From the NCBI GenBank assembly GCA_043825735.1, contig JBDRRP010000087.1, positions 1-64,000 on the forward strand: a stretch of 64,000 nucleotides of DNA, written 5' to 3'. The notes under the pieces were generated by a model. It ran no database searches. It was not told the DNA's origin and worked only from the letters and a program-made list of their open reading frames with translations. This document shows positions 46,922-55,344 of the stretch, one piece after another. Numbering within the stretch: the first letter of the stretch is position 1; the number at the start of each line of letters is the position of its first letter. The stretch comes from Pseudomonadota bacterium (GTDB lineage Bacteria > Desulfobacterota > Desulfobacteria > Desulfobacterales > JBDRRP01). A program made the position numbers and the translations under genes.

Positions 46922-48220
46922 ATGCGCATTGCCACCACCCACAAAAACACTGATTTTGACGGCCTGGCGTCGGTTATGGCGGCCACGCTTATTTTCCCCG
47001 ATACCGTAGCCGTCATCCCCACAGTGGTGAACCCCAATCTCAAGGGGTTTCTTTCCATCCACAAAGATTTGTTCAGTATCTGGTCACCGGCAGAGGTAGA
47101 CCTTGAAGTGGTGAGCGAGCTCATCGTGGTGGACGTCAACCGGTGGGACCGGCTGGACAGTCTTCAGCCCTTGAGAGATCGCAAAGAGCTCACCATCCGT
47201 CTATGGGACCACCACGAGTCGGAGGGCGATATCGACGCCCAGCATGTCTGCCAGGAGCCCGTGGGGGCGACGGTCACCCTCATGATGCGCATGATTCGGG
47301 AGCGGCGGTTGCTGCTGACGCCGATTCAGGCCACCCTGTTTCTGGCCGGTATCTACGAGGATACCGGCAATCTCACTTTCAGCGCCACCCAGGCCGAAGA
47401 TGCCTATGCCGCGGCATACCTGCTGGAGCGCAAGGCTGATCTTGGCATCCTCAACAGTTTTCTGAAGCCGGCATATGGGGCCAAGCAAAAGGAAGTGCTT
47501 TACGAGATGCTTCAGGACGCCTCGCGGGAAACCATCAACGGGCACACCGTGAGCATCCGTCACATGCGTATTTCAGGTCATATCGACCGGTTGGCGGTGG
47601 TGGTGCGGATGTTTCGGGAAATCATGAACGTAGAGGCCGCATTCGGCCTGTTTACCGACGTGGACAAAAAACGCACCATGATCATCGCCCGCAGCGATGT
47701 GGAAGACCTGGATGTGGGCACGATGATGAAGAGCCTTGGCGGCGGGGGGCACCCCGGTGCGGGCAGTGCTGTGGTCAAAAACGCCAACCCGGAAGCCGTG
47801 GCCGATCTGCTCCGGGAACTTCTCGCCGGAAACCAGCAGGCGTCGGTGCAGATCAGCGACCTCATGTCGTTTCCGGTGTTCAGCATCCACGCCGACACCT
47901 CCATGCGGGAAGCGGCCGCAATGCTTCGGGAAAAGGGATGCACCGGCGTGCCGGTAGTGGACGGCGAAGGCATCGTCGGCATCCTCAGCCGCCGGGATTT
48001 TCGCAAAATCAAGAATGAAAAACGCCTTGATGCGCCGGTCAAAGCCTTTATGAGCAAATCCGTTGTGACCATCAGCCCAGGCAGAAGCCCTATGTACGCG
48101 GCCCGACTGATGGTCAAGCACGACATCGGCCGTCTTCCTGTGGTCGAAGACGGCAAACTCATCGGTATTATCACCCGCTCTGATGCCATGATGTATTTTT
48201 ACGACCTGCTGCCGGACTGA
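46922..48220 (+). CDS. DHH/DHHA1 phosphoesterase with C-terminal CBS pair
   Basis: H.N.DFDG, VVD, WDHH, GIYEDTG, GGGGHPGA, two CBS domains. Confidence 0.9.
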   Translation: MRIATTHKNTDFDGLASVMAATLIFPDTVAVIPTVVNPNLKGFLSIHKDLFSIWSPAEVDLEVVSELIVVDVNRWDRLDSLQPLRDRKELTIRLWDHHESEGDIDAQHVCQEPVGATVTLMMRMIRERRLLLTPIQATLFLAGIYEDTGNLTFSATQAEDAYAAAYLLERKADLGILNSFLKPAYGAKQKEVLYEMLQDASRETINGHTVSIRHMRISGHIDRLAVVVRMFREIMNVEAAFGLFTDVDKKRTMIIARSDVEDLDVGTMMKSLGGGGHPGAGSAVVKNANPEAVADLLRELLAGNQQASVQISDLMSFPVFSIHADTSMREAAAMLREKGCTGVPVVDGEGIVGILSRRDFRKIKNEKRLDAPVKAFMSKSVVTISPGRSPMYAARLMVKHDIGRLPVVEDGKLIGIITRSDAMMYFYDLLPD

Positions 48221-48226
48221 TAAGAG

Positions 48227-48266
48227 AAGGGTTCGAGGGGCCAAGGGGTCAAGGATTCAAGTGAAA
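48227..48266 (+). repeat. G-rich 8-bp-period repeat (family D)
   Basis: aagggttcgaggggccaaggggtcaaggattcaagtgaaa. Confidence 0.8.
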
Positions 48267-48293
48267 CACCAAACAACATCACAACGGATAGCC

Positions 48294-49565
48294 ATGACAG
48301 ATTATCCCAATGAGAAGCTTCGTCGGCTGATGGAAAAGGGCGTGCGGATACCGACTCCCGAGAGTGTGGACATCGGCGATGAGGTGTCGGTGGATCGGAT
48401 TTCAGGGCAGGGCGTAACGATTCACGCCGGCAGCCGCATCCGGGGCGCCGGCACCCTGATCATGGCCGGTGCGCGCATCGGGGAGGAGGCGCCGGCCACT
48501 GTGGACAACTGCCACATCGGTCCGGAGGTGCAGCTCAAGGGCGGTTTTTATTCAGGATCCGTATTTTTGAAAGGCGCGGCTGTCGGGTCATCGGCGCACA
48601 TCCGCCCCGGGACCATTTTTGAGGAAAAGGCCTCGGCCGCGCATGCTGTCGGCCTCAAGCAGAGCATTCTTTTTCCTTATGTAACTATCGGAAGTTTAAT
48701 TAATTTTTGTGATATCTTGATGTCCGGTGGCACCGGCCCGAAACACCACAGCGAGGTGGGCAGTTCTTATATTCATTTCAATTTTACGCCCAATCAGGAC
48801 AAGGCCACGGCCTCGCTGCTCGGCGACGTTCCCCAGGGGGTCATGCTGGACCAGGATCCCATTTTTCTGGGAGGGCAGGGCGGTCTGGTAGGCCCCTGCA
48901 ACCTGGCCTTCGGCACCGTCATCGCCGCCGGCACCATTTACCGCAAGGATGAAAGCCGCCCGGGTCGACTTCTCACCGCCGCGACCGGCCGTGGCGGCAG
49001 CATCCCCTACACGGCCGGCATTTACCGCAGCGTCAAACGGGTGGTGGCCAACAACATGAACTATCTGGCCAATCTCATAGCCCTGGGGCAGTGGTACCGC
49101 CACGCTCGAAAACGGTTCATCGGTGCTGAGTTCAGCGAAGCGCTCTGGGAAGGGCTGATCGCTGCACTGGATGCAGATACGGCGGCTCATGTCAGACAGT
49201 TCGAGGGGTTTGTGGCTAAACTGACGGGTTCCGTTGATAAACTTAGACAGGGAATCATCACGACGGCAGGGGACCACCTCATTGCCCAACACGAAGCGGT
49301 GATCGACCGGTGGCCAGAAATGTTATCAATAATAAATGAGCTGCGTGCCGCCCCCGGCGACGTGACGCTTCAGGAACGGTTTTTGGAAGCCCTGTCCCGG
49401 CGTATTGCGCGATCGGAAGGGGACTACCTGAGCGCTATTCACGCCTTGGACGAACAAGAAAAGGAATCGGGACGGCGATGGCTGGCGGGAATCGTCGACC
49501 AAGTGGTGGCACCCCTTGAAGCGCTGCTCCCCGCCCTTTTCGGGTCTCCGAAAAAACAAATCTGA
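48294..49565 (+). CDS. GlmU-related left-handed beta-helix protein without a pyrophosphorylase domain
   Basis: LMEKGVRI..P.SV.I, AHIRPG, hexapeptide repeats, NF...DK; directly upstream of glmM. Confidence 0.7.
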   Translation: MTDYPNEKLRRLMEKGVRIPTPESVDIGDEVSVDRISGQGVTIHAGSRIRGAGTLIMAGARIGEEAPATVDNCHIGPEVQLKGGFYSGSVFLKGAAVGSSAHIRPGTIFEEKASAAHAVGLKQSILFPYVTIGSLINFCDILMSGGTGPKHHSEVGSSYIHFNFTPNQDKATASLLGDVPQGVMLDQDPIFLGGQGGLVGPCNLAFGTVIAAGTIYRKDESRPGRLLTAATGRGGSIPYTAGIYRSVKRVVANNMNYLANLIALGQWYRHARKRFIGAEFSEALWEGLIAALDADTAAHVRQFEGFVAKLTGSVDKLRQGIITTAGDHLIAQHEAVIDRWPEMLSIINELRAAPGDVTLQERFLEALSRRIARSEGDYLSAIHALDEQEKESGRRWLAGIVDQVVAPLEALLPALFGSPKKQI

Positions 49566-49578
49566 CGGCTAATTAAGA

Positions 49579-49715
49579 TTGATGAAACCGTAAAAAGTGA
49601 TTTTTAACCACAGAGACCGCAGAGGAACGCAGAGAATATTATGAATAATTAATAAGTTATCTCTGCGCTCTCTGCGTCCTCTGTGGTGATTTCAGACTTT
49701 TTACGAGTTTGTCAA
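49579..49715. repeat. Shell + CGCAGAG-core palindromic element
   Basis: ttgatgaaaccgtaaaaagtg..accacagagaccgcagaggaacgcagag [AT] ctctgcgctctctgcgtcctctgtggtg..gactttttacgagtttgtcaa. Confidence 0.9.
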
Positions 49716-49721
49716 GATTCG

Positions 49722-49808
49722 AACCACGAAGTTCACGAAGGACACGAAGATATTATAATAGCTCATTTTCTTTAGGTTTTCTTCGTGCACTTCGTGATCT
49801 TCGTGGTT
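49722..49808. repeat. CACGAAG-core palindromic element (family F)
   Basis: aaccacgaagttcacgaaggacacgaag [AT] cttcgtgcacttcgtgatcttcgtggtt. Confidence 0.88.
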
Positions 49809-49845
49809 AAACCTTTTTATCAGCGCCAATACATTGAGGAGATCC

Positions 49846-51264
49846 ATGGGGGTATTATTCGGGACGGACGGCATTCGCGGAAAAGCCAATACGCATCCCA
49901 TGGTACCGGAGACCGCCCTTCGGGTGGGAAGGGCCTTGGTGCGGCATTTTGCCACCAATGGGAGCACTGGGCCCGTGGTGGTCGGCAGAGATACCCGGTT
50001 GTCCGGTGAAATGCTTGAGCATGCCTTAATGTCCGGCATTTGTGCAGAAGGCGCCGAAGTTCTTGCCGCAGGCGTCATCCCCACGCCGGCGGTTGCCGCT
50101 CTGTGCCGCAAACACGCGGCCATTGCGGGAGTGGTCATTTCAGCCTCCCACAATCCGTACACCGATAATGGCATCAAGCTGTTTCGGGGAGACGGGTTCA
50201 AGCTCGGCGACGAAGAAGAAGCAGCCATCGAGGCCATGGTGCTGATGCCCTATGCCGGAGATATCCCCGGAACGGACCGGGTGGGCCGCGTGCGAAGGTT
50301 AAAGACGGCGGAAAACGACTACCTGGAAGCCATGATGGCCGCACTGCCGAGCGGATTTTCACTCAAAGGGTGCCGGATTATTCTGGATTGCGCCAACGGG
50401 GCGTCCTACCACGTGGCGCCGGAAATGTTCCGCCGACTGGGTGCCGATGTCATTTCGCTGAACAACCATCCCGACGGGGTCAATATCAACAAGGATTGCG
50501 GCTCGGAACACCTGGAAGGCATCTGTTCCGCCGTAAAAACCTACAAGGCTGACATCGGACTGGCCTTCGACGGCGATGCCGACCGGCTTCTGGCAGTCGA
50601 TGAGACCGGGGCTGCGGCCACCGGCGATCAGCTCATTGCCATATTTGCCGATTATCTGAATAAAAACGGTAGATTGGATAACAATCGGGTGGTGACCACC
50701 GTCATGAGCAACCTGGGGCTCAAGCAAGCCCTTCAGACCATGGGCATCATCCACACCACCAGCGCCGTGGGAGACCGCCACGTTATGACGGAAATGCGCC
50801 AAAGCGGCGCGGTGCTTGGCGGCGAGGACTCCGGCCACATCATTTTTCTCAGGCACCAGACCACGGGCGATGGGCTGCTGTCGGCATTGAAACTGTGTGA
50901 GATCCTTAAGGACTTCGGGAAGCCGTTTTCCCTTCTGAAACGGGTCATGACGGTATTTCCGCAGAAACTCGTAGCCGTGGCGGTGAGGGAAACGCCGGAT
51001 TTAACAGGTATCGACAGCATCCGGGCGGCCATATCGCTGGTGGAACGGAACCTGGGCGACAGCGGGCGGGTTCTGGTACGCTATTCCGGCACCCAGCCGG
51101 TATGCCGGGTCATGGTGGAAGGCCCCGATGCTGCTGCCACCGAAGAAGGGTGCCGGGTCATCGCAGATGCGATAGATCAGGCGATCGGCATGTCGGGTGA
51201 AACGGAGAAGGCTGAAAACCGAAATCACCGCAGAGGCGCAGAGAACGCAGAGATAACTCATTGA
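49846..51264 (+). CDS. glmM: Phosphoglucosamine mutase
   Basis: LFGTDGIRG, ISASHNP..DNGIK, DGDADR, TVMSN, GGE.SGH, TGDG, VRYSGT. Confidence 0.95.
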   Translation: MGVLFGTDGIRGKANTHPMVPETALRVGRALVRHFATNGSTGPVVVGRDTRLSGEMLEHALMSGICAEGAEVLAAGVIPTPAVAALCRKHAAIAGVVISASHNPYTDNGIKLFRGDGFKLGDEEEAAIEAMVLMPYAGDIPGTDRVGRVRRLKTAENDYLEAMMAALPSGFSLKGCRIILDCANGASYHVAPEMFRRLGADVISLNNHPDGVNINKDCGSEHLEGICSAVKTYKADIGLAFDGDADRLLAVDETGAAATGDQLIAIFADYLNKNGRLDNNRVVTTVMSNLGLKQALQTMGIIHTTSAVGDRHVMTEMRQSGAVLGGEDSGHIIFLRHQTTGDGLLSALKLCEILKDFGKPFSLLKRVMTVFPQKLVAVAVRETPDLTGIDSIRAAISLVERNLGDSGRVLVRYSGTQPVCRVMVEGPDAAATEEGCRVIADAIDQAIGMSGETEKAENRNHRRGAENAEITH

Positions 51265-51320
51265 TAATTAGAAAATATACTCTGCGGACCTCTGCGGCCT
51301 CTGTGGTGCGAAATCACTTA
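51221..51320. repeat. CGCAGAG-core element overlapping the glmM 3' end
   Basis: gaaatcaccgcagaggcgcagagaacgcagagataac..ctctgcggacctctgcggcctctgtggtg. Confidence 0.85.
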
Positions 51321-51333
51321 TTGCGCCTTGGAC

Positions 51334-51373
51334 AAAAAAAAGGCCTTCGGCAAGGGCTGCCGAAGGCCTTAAA
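51334..51373 (-). terminator. Intrinsic terminator between convergent glmM and yccA
   Basis: A-run then aggccttcggca-agggc-tgccgaaggcct perfect stem; T-run on the minus strand. Confidence 0.88.
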
Positions 51374-51393
51374 TAGCTGATATTTTATATATT

Positions 51394-52122
51394 TTACTTG
51401 CGATCGCCAAAGATTCTGAGCAGCATCAGGAACAGGTTGATGAAGTCCAGATAGAGCGTCAGGGCGCCGATCAGCGCGCCTTTGCGGATCATGGCACCGG
51501 TGGCGTCAACGGGTTGGCTCATGGCCATGTATTTGATTTTTTGCGTGTCATAGGCGGTCAGTCCCACAAAAATGACGACGCCGATATAACTGATGATCAT
51601 GTGCATGGCCGAGCTTTTCATGAACATATTGACCACCGATGCGATGATGATGCCGATCAGTCCCATGAACATGAACTGTCCCATGGACGTGAGGTCTTTT
51701 TTGGTCATCCATCCGTAGGCGCTGGTCGCCAGAAATGTGGCTGAACAGATAAAAAAGACCGACGTGATGGACGCGCTCGTGTAAATCAGAAAAATGGACG
51801 ACAGCGTGGCCCCGTTGAGGGCCGAGTAGGCTATAAACAATGCCGTTGCAGTGCTGGCCTGCATTTTGTTCACGCGGGCGCTGAGGGTGAACACCATGGC
51901 CAGTTCAGCGATGATCAGCCCGTAAAACAGAATCGTTGGCTGAAGCCGGTTGCCCACCACCTGAAAGAGCATGCTGAGCAGCGTCGGGCTGTTGGCAAAA
52001 AAATAGGCGGTGAAACCGGTGAGCGCCAATCCGATGGCCATCCAGTTGTAAACGCTTCGGACAAAGCTGTTGACCCTGATCTGGGACTGGGCCTGTGTGC
52101 CCTGAAACGGTGCGGTCTGCAT
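51394..52122 (-). CDS. Bax inhibitor-1/YccA family membrane protein
   Basis: VY.WM..GL..T, YSALNG.TLS, TKKDL, GLTAYDTQKIK, GALTLYLDFINLFL; RBS aggagg. Confidence 0.93.
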   Translation of the reverse strand: MQTAPFQGTQAQSQIRVNSFVRSVYNWMAIGLALTGFTAYFFANSPTLLSMLFQVVGNRLQPTILFYGLIIAELAMVFTLSARVNKMQASTATALFIAYSALNGATLSSIFLIYTSASITSVFFICSATFLATSAYGWMTKKDLTSMGQFMFMGLIGIIIASVVNMFMKSSAMHMIISYIGVVIFVGLTAYDTQKIKYMAMSQPVDATGAMIRKGALIGALTLYLDFINLFLMLLRIFGDRK

Positions 52123-52305
52123 TTTGAACCTCCTGTGCATGTGCTTTACGGGTAAAAATGAATGTTTTGTCGCGAATAAGATAACACATGATGGTTTTGA
52201 ATCAAGGCAAATCGGACGATCGATAAACAGATTTAAATTCGCCCCGATATGGTATAAGTCCTTTCACTGGCTAATGAAACGCGACAGATCGGCGAGGTAT
52301 GCACG

Positions 52306-52596
52306 ATGAAACCTCTGGAACTATACGAAGAGCTTAAACAGGTGGCCGAGAAACTGGATATCACGGTGAACGAGCAAAATTTTCGAACCACCGGTATAGC
52401 CGTTAAAAGCGGACTGTGCAAGGTCAGGGGCAAATATCAATACATCATGAACAAGCACAACAGCATCAACAAAAAGATCGAACTGCTGGCTGAATGCATC
52501 AATGCATTTGCTCACGAAAATGTCTACGTGATGCCCGCCGTGCGCGATTACCTTAAAACCCACGATAGCGCGGAGGAAGACGAGGGGAATGATTAA
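52306..52596 (+). CDS. Conserved hypothetical protein (96 aa)
   Basis: RBS gaggt; AEKL.I.V, SGLC.VRG, YVMPAVR. Confidence 0.75.
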   Translation: MKPLELYEELKQVAEKLDITVNEQNFRTTGIAVKSGLCKVRGKYQYIMNKHNSINKKIELLAECINAFAHENVYVMPAVRDYLKTHDSAEEDEGND

Positions 52597-52701
52597 GGGG
52601 CGTGCACCGGTATTAAAGGTAGGAGAAACAGGGATTTACGGCACCCCTATATAAGTTTACATAATATATCTTATCAGACTTTTTAGGTATTCAGATTTTC
52701 C

Positions 52702-54057
52702 ATGGCAATTCCAGATATCACCGACGCTCCCCGAACGATTCTCAGCGTTTCCGAACTCACTCGGCGTATCAAGAGTCTCCTTGAGGGGGCCTTCGAATTT
52801 GTCTGGATCACCGGGGAGATATCCAACCATCGGATTCCCACCTCTGGGCACCATTATTTTACGCTGAAAGACAAAGAGGCTCAGATTTCCGCAGTAATGT
52901 TCCGGGGCGCTGCCCGGTCATTGACTTTTTCTCCGGATGACGGTGTGCGAATCACGGGCATGGGGCGAGTCAGTGTCTATCCACCAAGAGGCAACTACCA
53001 GATTATTCTAGAATATATGGTCCCAGACGGTATAGGGGCGCTCCAACTGGCTTTTGAACAACTGAAAAGTCGCTTGGCAGCAGAAGGTCTTTTTAACACT
53101 GAACGCAAGCGCCCCCTGCCCCTTCTACCCAGGCATGTGACCCTGGTGACTTCGCCCAGCGGCGCCGTGGTCCATGATTTCATAAACATTGTCAACCGTC
53201 GTTTCGCCAATCTGCCCATCACCGTGGTGCCGGTGAAAGTTCAGGGCGATGGCGCTGCGCTCGAGATCGCCGCGGCGCTGGGGTTTATCAACCGCCGGGT
53301 TGCCACCGATGTCATCGTCATCTGCCGCGGCGGAGGCTCTCTGGAAGACCTTCAGGCATTTAACACCGAAGTCGTGGCCCGCGCTGTTTTTGACAGCCGT
53401 ATCCCAGTAGTTTCTGCCGTTGGTCACGAAACCGACTACACCATTGCCGATTTCACGGCAGATGTGAGGGCACCGACACCGTCGGCCGCCGCTGAAATAA
53501 TCGTCCCGGTGAAGACCGAGTTGGATAACACACTGAGACAAACCCGGTTGTCGTTGGAACGGCAGATACGTCATCGCCTGGAGCAGCACAGAAGGCAATT
53601 GAACGCGCTGTTCAGGCATCTGGGAAATCCTCGACGCCATATCATCGATCTCAGGCTGCATCTGGATGATATGACCGGCCGTGTGGTCCGTTCCGTGGCC
53701 GGAATGATCCGCAGGCAGCGCGAGAAACTCCAATGGAGAAGCCGTCAACTCGGCGTTTCAAGACTTCAGATCCGGCTCACAGAACATAATCAATCGCTTT
53801 ATGATTATAATCTCAACTTGCTTAAAAACATCAATAATCTATTAATCAGCCGCAGACAAAAAATCCAAGCGACTGCAGGCATGCTCACTGCCCTGGATCC
53901 AACTGCCGTTCTCCAGCGTGGCTACAGCATCGCCCGCAATCTTAAGAATGGTCGCATCGTTCGAAATGCCGCCACGCTTTCGGTCGGCGACGGCGTCGAA
54001 GTGGTGCTGGCCCTGGGACGCTTCGAAGCCGAGGTAAACCGTGTCGACGAGAAATAA
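52702..54057 (+). CDS. xseA: Exodeoxyribonuclease VII large subunit
   Basis: SVSEL, GEISN, SGH.YFTLKD, RGGGSLEDL.AFN, SAVGHETD, RAPTPSAAAE, LQRGYS. Confidence 0.96.
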   Translation: MAIPDITDAPRTILSVSELTRRIKSLLEGAFEFVWITGEISNHRIPTSGHHYFTLKDKEAQISAVMFRGAARSLTFSPDDGVRITGMGRVSVYPPRGNYQIILEYMVPDGIGALQLAFEQLKSRLAAEGLFNTERKRPLPLLPRHVTLVTSPSGAVVHDFINIVNRRFANLPITVVPVKVQGDGAALEIAAALGFINRRVATDVIVICRGGGSLEDLQAFNTEVVARAVFDSRIPVVSAVGHETDYTIADFTADVRAPTPSAAAEIIVPVKTELDNTLRQTRLSLERQIRHRLEQHRRQLNALFRHLGNPRRHIIDLRLHLDDMTGRVVRSVAGMIRRQREKLQWRSRQLGVSRLQIRLTEHNQSLYDYNLNLLKNINNLLISRRQKIQATAGMLTALDPTAVLQRGYSIARNLKNGRIVRNAATLSVGDGVEVVLALGRFEAEVNRVDEK

Positions 54058-54060
54058 TAG

Positions 54061-54158
54061 TGAGTGCCCATCCATAAACGGCATCTTTTGGCCCAGTATT
54101 AATGGGAGAAGACCCCAAGAAATTCATCAGTGTCCGTCCAGAAGTGGATGGACACTCA
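54061..54158. mobile_element. Internally deleted family-M MITE
   Basis: tgagtgcccatccataaacggcatcttttggcccag (core identical to 3739-3766) .. tggatggacactca. Confidence 0.78.
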
Positions 54159-54173
54159 TTAGGAGCCCCCGAT

Positions 54174-54407
54174 ATGGCCAAGCAGACATTTGAAAGCGCC
54201 ATGAAACAATTGGAAAAAATCGTCGATACCCTGGAGGACGACACCGTCAGCCTGGACAGTGCGTTGAAGAAATTCGAAGAGGGTATGAAACTGGTTCGGT
54301 ATTGTTCAGATCAGCTCGATGCCATGGAAAAAAAGGTTGCCCTGTTGACGGAAACCCCCGATGGTGGCGTGGCAGAGCTTCCGTTTACACCCATCGAGGG
54401 GGAATGA
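54174..54407 (+). CDS. xseB: Exodeoxyribonuclease VII small subunit
   Basis: TFE.AM..LE.IV..LE, SL..AL..FEEG; RBS aggag. Confidence 0.95.
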   Translation: MAKQTFESAMKQLEKIVDTLEDDTVSLDSALKKFEEGMKLVRYCSDQLDAMEKKVALLTETPDGGVAELPFTPIEGE

Positions 54408-54416
54408 CGAAACCCT

Positions 54417-55340
54417 ATGACGCGCAGCACGACCCACTTCGCAAAAGCGTCTTTCGATCTCGCCGGTTATCTCACACGTCAGCGAGAACGGGTCAATTTG
54501 CATCTGGCATCCATCATGACGGGCATTTCCCCATCGCGTCTTCGAGATGCCATGCAGTATTCGCTGCTCGCCGGCGGCAAACGGTTTCGACCTGTTCTCT
54601 GTCTGGCCGCCGCAGAAGCTGTGGGAAATGCTGACCGAGACGTCCTCATCGCCGCCTGCGCCCTGGAATGCATCCACACGTATTCTCTGATTCACGACGA
54701 TCTGCCGGCCATGGATGACGACGATCTTCGCCGGGGGCGCCCCACGTGCCACCGGGCCTTTGACGAAGCCACGGCGGTGCTTGCCGGTGATGGGCTACTC
54801 ACACTGGCCTTCGAGCTTTTGTCGGATGCGGCCGAGCGCTCTCAGCAGCAGAATGCCGCTCGCTGGTGTCGGGTGATTCACGCCGTCGCCCGCGGCGCCG
54901 GCCACGCCGGTATGATTGAAGGGCAGATGCGGGACATGGCCGCGGAAGGCCGCCGGTTGGATCTCGACGCGCTTGAGCAGCTCCATCGACTCAAAACCGG
55001 TGCGCTGATTCGGGTTTCGGTGGAAACCGGCGCCACCCTGGCCGGCGCTGACCCCAGCTGCATTGCGGCACTTTCCGCCTATGCCGAGCAGCTGGGGCTC
55101 GCATTTCAGGTCACCGATGACGTTCTCAACGAAACGGGAAATCCTCACACCATGGGAAAGGCTGTCGGTACCGACAAGGATAGACAAAAAAGCACTTACC
55201 CCGCCCTCATGGGGTTGACCGAGTCCAGTACCCACGCCGCCCGCCTTATTGATAATGCCTTGAAATGCATAGGCCATTTTGATAACAGAGCGGAGCCCTT
55301 GCGGGCGCTGGCGACCTATATCCTACACAGGCAGCGATGA
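54417..55340 (+). CDS. ispA: Geranyl/farnesyl diphosphate synthase
   Basis: [43 protein letters not shown]. Confidence 0.95.
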   Translation: MTRSTTHFAKASFDLAGYLTRQRERVNLHLASIMTGISPSRLRDAMQYSLLAGGKRFRPVLCLAAAEAVGNADRDVLIAACALECIHTYSLIHDDLPAMDDDDLRRGRPTCHRAFDEATAVLAGDGLLTLAFELLSDAAERSQQQNAARWCRVIHAVARGAGHAGMIEGQMRDMAAEGRRLDLDALEQLHRLKTGALIRVSVETGATLAGADPSCIAALSAYAEQLGLAFQVTDDVLNETGNPHTMGKAVGTDKDRQKSTYPALMGLTESSTHAARLIDNALKCIGHFDNRAEPLRALATYILHRQR

Positions 55341-55344
55341 TACC

